DNA of 64,000 bases from Microbotryum violaceum (lineage: Eukaryota): positions 744,001 to 808,000 of the forward strand of contig CDLV01000004.1 in the NCBI GenBank assembly GCA_001244265.2, given 5' to 3'. Under the pieces are notes generated by a model. That model made no database searches. It worked only from the letters and a program-made list of their open reading frames with translations, and was not told where the DNA came from. This document shows positions 60,701 through 64,000 of this stretch, piece by piece. Position 1 is the first letter of the stretch. Each line of letters starts with the position of its first letter. Made by a program: the position numbers and the translations under genes.

Positions 60701-62875
60701 AAGTTCCCAGCGCTCCGCGTTTGTGATGGCGTTGACAATGCGAGTGAGGTCGCCAGCAACGCCGACACCCACTTTCAAGATATCCGCGCGTTCGAGAAAA
60801 TGCCCAAAGGGCGGGGCAAACACCATTTGACGCACTTTTGTATGATCTGCAAGAGCTGTAGACATACAACAATTTGGTAATTTTTTTTGTTCGACTTTAA
60901 GTGGAAGAGCACGGGTACGAAAAGCTCACTTGAATCACATGAATGAACAAGTCTCCCTCCAGTGATTCCCAGGCGAATTGGACGACGTCAACGGCTTTCT
61001 TGGGGGCCGCAATGGCCATGTTGTGATACGAGTTTGCGGGAGCATTTGCCCATTTGGCGTCAACACCAACCACAAGTTTTCCGTCTTTGGGGATGTTTTC
61101 TGTTATCTGCCTCAGCACTTGGGTCAACGCAGAAACGGTGTTCACTAGAATAGGGGTTGTCTCAGGAGGTAGCATGAGGTCGCCTTGGCGCGGGCCTGCG
61201 TTGGTGCCGAGAATCGGAGCAAGCGAGGGGAGCGTTTGTATCAAGAATGTAGTGTCTTGGTCGGGCTGATCCGTGTAGCAGATGGATGGTTGTTCGTGAC
61301 CATACAATTTCAGATGCTTTGACATGTCCTCGAGTGGTGATTCGAACGGCGCGTGGCCTTTGGTTGCGGTGAGGACGGTGAGTCGAACTTCGCTGTACTC
61401 GTTTCCGACCATCAGGAGCGCATGAAAGGGAGGAATGCCATTGATCTTGGCGATTTGCTTCGGGACCTGAGATGAAGAGAGACTCATTGGGTTAGCACAA
61501 TTCGAATTGATCAAGAGTTTGCTTGCCCCTTTTCCAAGTTCTCACCTTGTAGCTGTGATCGCGTGACATGATTGTGCAAGGGGCCAATGAAACATGGTGG
61601 CGTATGAGCGACTCGTGTCTGAGAATGGGCAAAGCAAAGAGGGTCAGCAGAGAAGATTAGAAGCAAGTATCCGCAATGCTTGATACTACAATCCGGCCTT
61701 ACTCTTCTATTTTCGCATTGAAAAAATTCGCAAGAACCTTCGATGTTGGCACATAGCCGAAATTGCCCGCCGGGTCATCCCAATCACTGATGTCCTGATA
61801 AGGTCCCGGCTTTTGGCGCGCGAGCATGGCCGACCTATAGTCGAGCTCCAGCCTGTTGTGGGCGGCACGATGAAAGCAGACAAGCATGTCGGAAATTTGC
61901 TCGGCTCCCAGACCGTAGTGGAAGGAAGATCGCACTAGATCGAACACCTCCGAGGTAACGGCGGTGCGATGTGACAAACAGAACGGGAACATCGAGCGCA
62001 GTGATGGATCCAATTGGCCAAGGACCTCTGGCGACCAAGGCCGATACGTTTTGGAGCACTTGTAAGAGCGGCCGATGAGATAGACGGACTCGCGGAGACC
62101 ACACGCTCGGCGTGGCCGATCCAAGAACCCGTTCAGCCTCAACATGTCTTTTTTGAGGACGGCTTCGTTGAGCTCGCACTCCATGCACCACAGGCCAACA
62201 CCCGCTCGCTTGTCATCTGGCTGGCCAATCATTAGGAGGGGATCCCAAAAGAAGAACTGTGGTGCGTAGATGTTTTAGGAACCTGAGGCCCGAGGCACGA
62301 TGTACGTAAGCACGAGAGCCAAAGAAGATAGTAAAGATAGTTGGAGAAGAGAGAGAAGCGCTAAGGGCGCGCGCACTTGGAAGGCTAGAGGCGCGCGCGC
62401 GGCTAATATCAACAACTAGGTATTAAACTATTCTAAGTGGGATGAAACAGTAATACCCTTTTGACAAGATGTCCAGATTGGCGTTGGAGATGCGGCCGTC
62501 ATAGAGCCTAGTCCAAGCCGACTTGACAGGTAGAAAACCGTGAACGAGCTCATCACCGCTCTTGTGGTCGTGTGCTTTGTTGGAATAGTTGTTAACATGC
62601 CTGATATGCGCGAGGTGGTGGGTCGTTTGCGTTTGGAGCCAAGCGGGGTGCTTCCAACGTTCACTTCCTTTGGTTGCCCCTGTGGCGACTTCATCTTCGT
62701 CGCCGTCGTAAAGCTTACCGCCTCCTTCATTGCAAAGGGGTACGCCAGCCTCGATGAAATCTGACGCCTGCATGAAGGCTTTTACCTCTACTGGCAATGG
62801 CCAAGTTGACTGCGGGCATTGCTGGCTCGAGTGTAATACACCCCGTTGGAGTGTACACCTGAGCAACGACGACAA
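57797..62875 (-). pseudogene. Spliced DDE transposase-like gene (DUF6729-like N-terminus) with internal WRN-type 3'-5' exonuclease and C-terminal Cys-rich finger
   Basis: FFFWDP..C..C..YLIGRSYKC..FPFCLSHR; SRDHSYK; GNEYSEVR; CYTD; VGVDAKW..KVGVGVAGD..LDL..SL..LPKDESVR..DW..YAALNTY; LMDPFQ; RGKNGLEGGIH; GHFDLWL; CRFCGRADC. Confidence 0.75.
62273..62466 (-). mobile_element. Solo copia LTR inserted in the transposase-like gene
   Basis: Reverse complement of the 23442 LTR, with TSD AGATG. Removing it restores NANLDI-YAPQFFFWDP. Confidence 0.9.
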
Positions 62876-62899
62876 GGATCACAGGACCAAAGTATGTAG

Positions 62900-64000
62900 A
62901 ATTGACACTGGACACTCGTATCAGTCGCTGGAGAGAGACTAAGAGTGCCCAGGCGCGCGTCTCCTCTTCCTAAGGCCCAGGTGCACGGGCCTTACACTCT
63001 CCACCACCTAAACCAAACTCCCCTCCCTCCTTACACCCTCCCTCCTTGCCTTGTCCTCCCCCGCCTTCCCACTCTCCCACTCTTCCAACGCTGCGGTGTC
63101 TTCCAGGTGTGAGCATGGCTCCCATGTGTTGTCGCTGTCTGCCCCCCCTTCCATTTCACCAAGAACCTCTTCCTTGACCCCTTCCCCTTTTCGTCCACAA
63201 TCCGTTCTACCTCCCACTCCTCGTTTCCTTGGACGATAATGGCCGCTGGTTCCGTTGCCTCTCGTCCTGGGAACACCACCCCATTGTTCTTTACCCAGCG
63301 TCGGAGCTTGGAGGCGTGGAAGACGTTGTGCGACTTGTCCCCCGCCTTGAGCTTCAGCTTGTAATTTGAGGTTTCGGGTCGTGCTGCTAGGACTTCGTAG
63401 GGGCCGTCAAACCGGGGAAAGAGTTTGGCTGACCGTGCTTCCCCATCGGCCTTGTACCGCAGTCGTCGATCCCGCGAGTTGACTAAGACCATGTTGCCAA
63501 CTGCAAACCCGGGCTCCGGTTTCCTCGCCTTGTTGCTCTGGTTGGCCTGTCGGATCTTTGCAATTGCCAAATTGTCTCGGGCTTCCGCAACCGCTGCTTC
63601 ACGTTGTTCCACAATGGATTTGACTGCCTGTGACGTGGTTGAGCCCTCCACTGGGGTGATCGGTGTCAGCTCCGGCGTGAACCCAAGTACCACTTCAAAT
63701 GGCGTCTTCCCCGTCGACCTGTTCATACTGGAGTTGATCACAAACTCCACCGTAGCCAAGTGCTTTGACCAGTCATTTTGCCGTCGGTTGACCATTGTTC
63801 GCAGGACTTGGATCACGGTCCGATTTGTTCGCTCGCTTCGGCCATCCGTTTGTGGGTGGAAAGACGTCGATGTTGCCAGTTTCGTTCCCAGCTGGCCCAT
63901 GTACGCTCGCCAGAACTCGCTTGTGAAGAGCTTGTCGCGGTCGGAGACCAGCACTCGTGGCATGCCGAAGTGTCGATGCCACCCCTCAAAGAACCGGTCC
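62900..64000 (-). mobile_element. Ty3/gypsy chromovirus 3' part: integrase, chromodomain, PPT and start of the 3' LTR at 62996
   Basis: [44 protein letters not shown] is followed by TGTAAGG; related to 46240-47450. Confidence 0.92.

Overview
Eukaryotic fungal genomic DNA with GT-AG introns, probably from a basidiomycete (Pucciniomycotina, Microbotryum-like; this assignment is inference). The first ~6 kb holds two spliced housekeeping genes: a SEC12-like WD40 GEF and a UBA/C2H2/UBX protein. The remaining ~58 kb is mostly nested, decayed transposons: Helitron fragments with intact termini, L1/Tx1-like LINE pieces, four Ty1/copia elements, several Ty3/gypsy chromoviruses, solo LTRs with TSDs and two TIR MITEs. 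Two things stand out. One is an intact GT23-like (alpha-1,6-fucosyltransferase-type) gene bracketed by Helitron sequence. The other is a ~5 kb spliced DDE transposase-like gene with a WRN-type 3'-5' exonuclease inside its catalytic core. Conserved TE motifs repeatedly show CGA>CAA and CpG transitions, consistent with RIP-like mutation. Coordinates were read by eye, and boundaries without TSD or terminal evidence are approximate.
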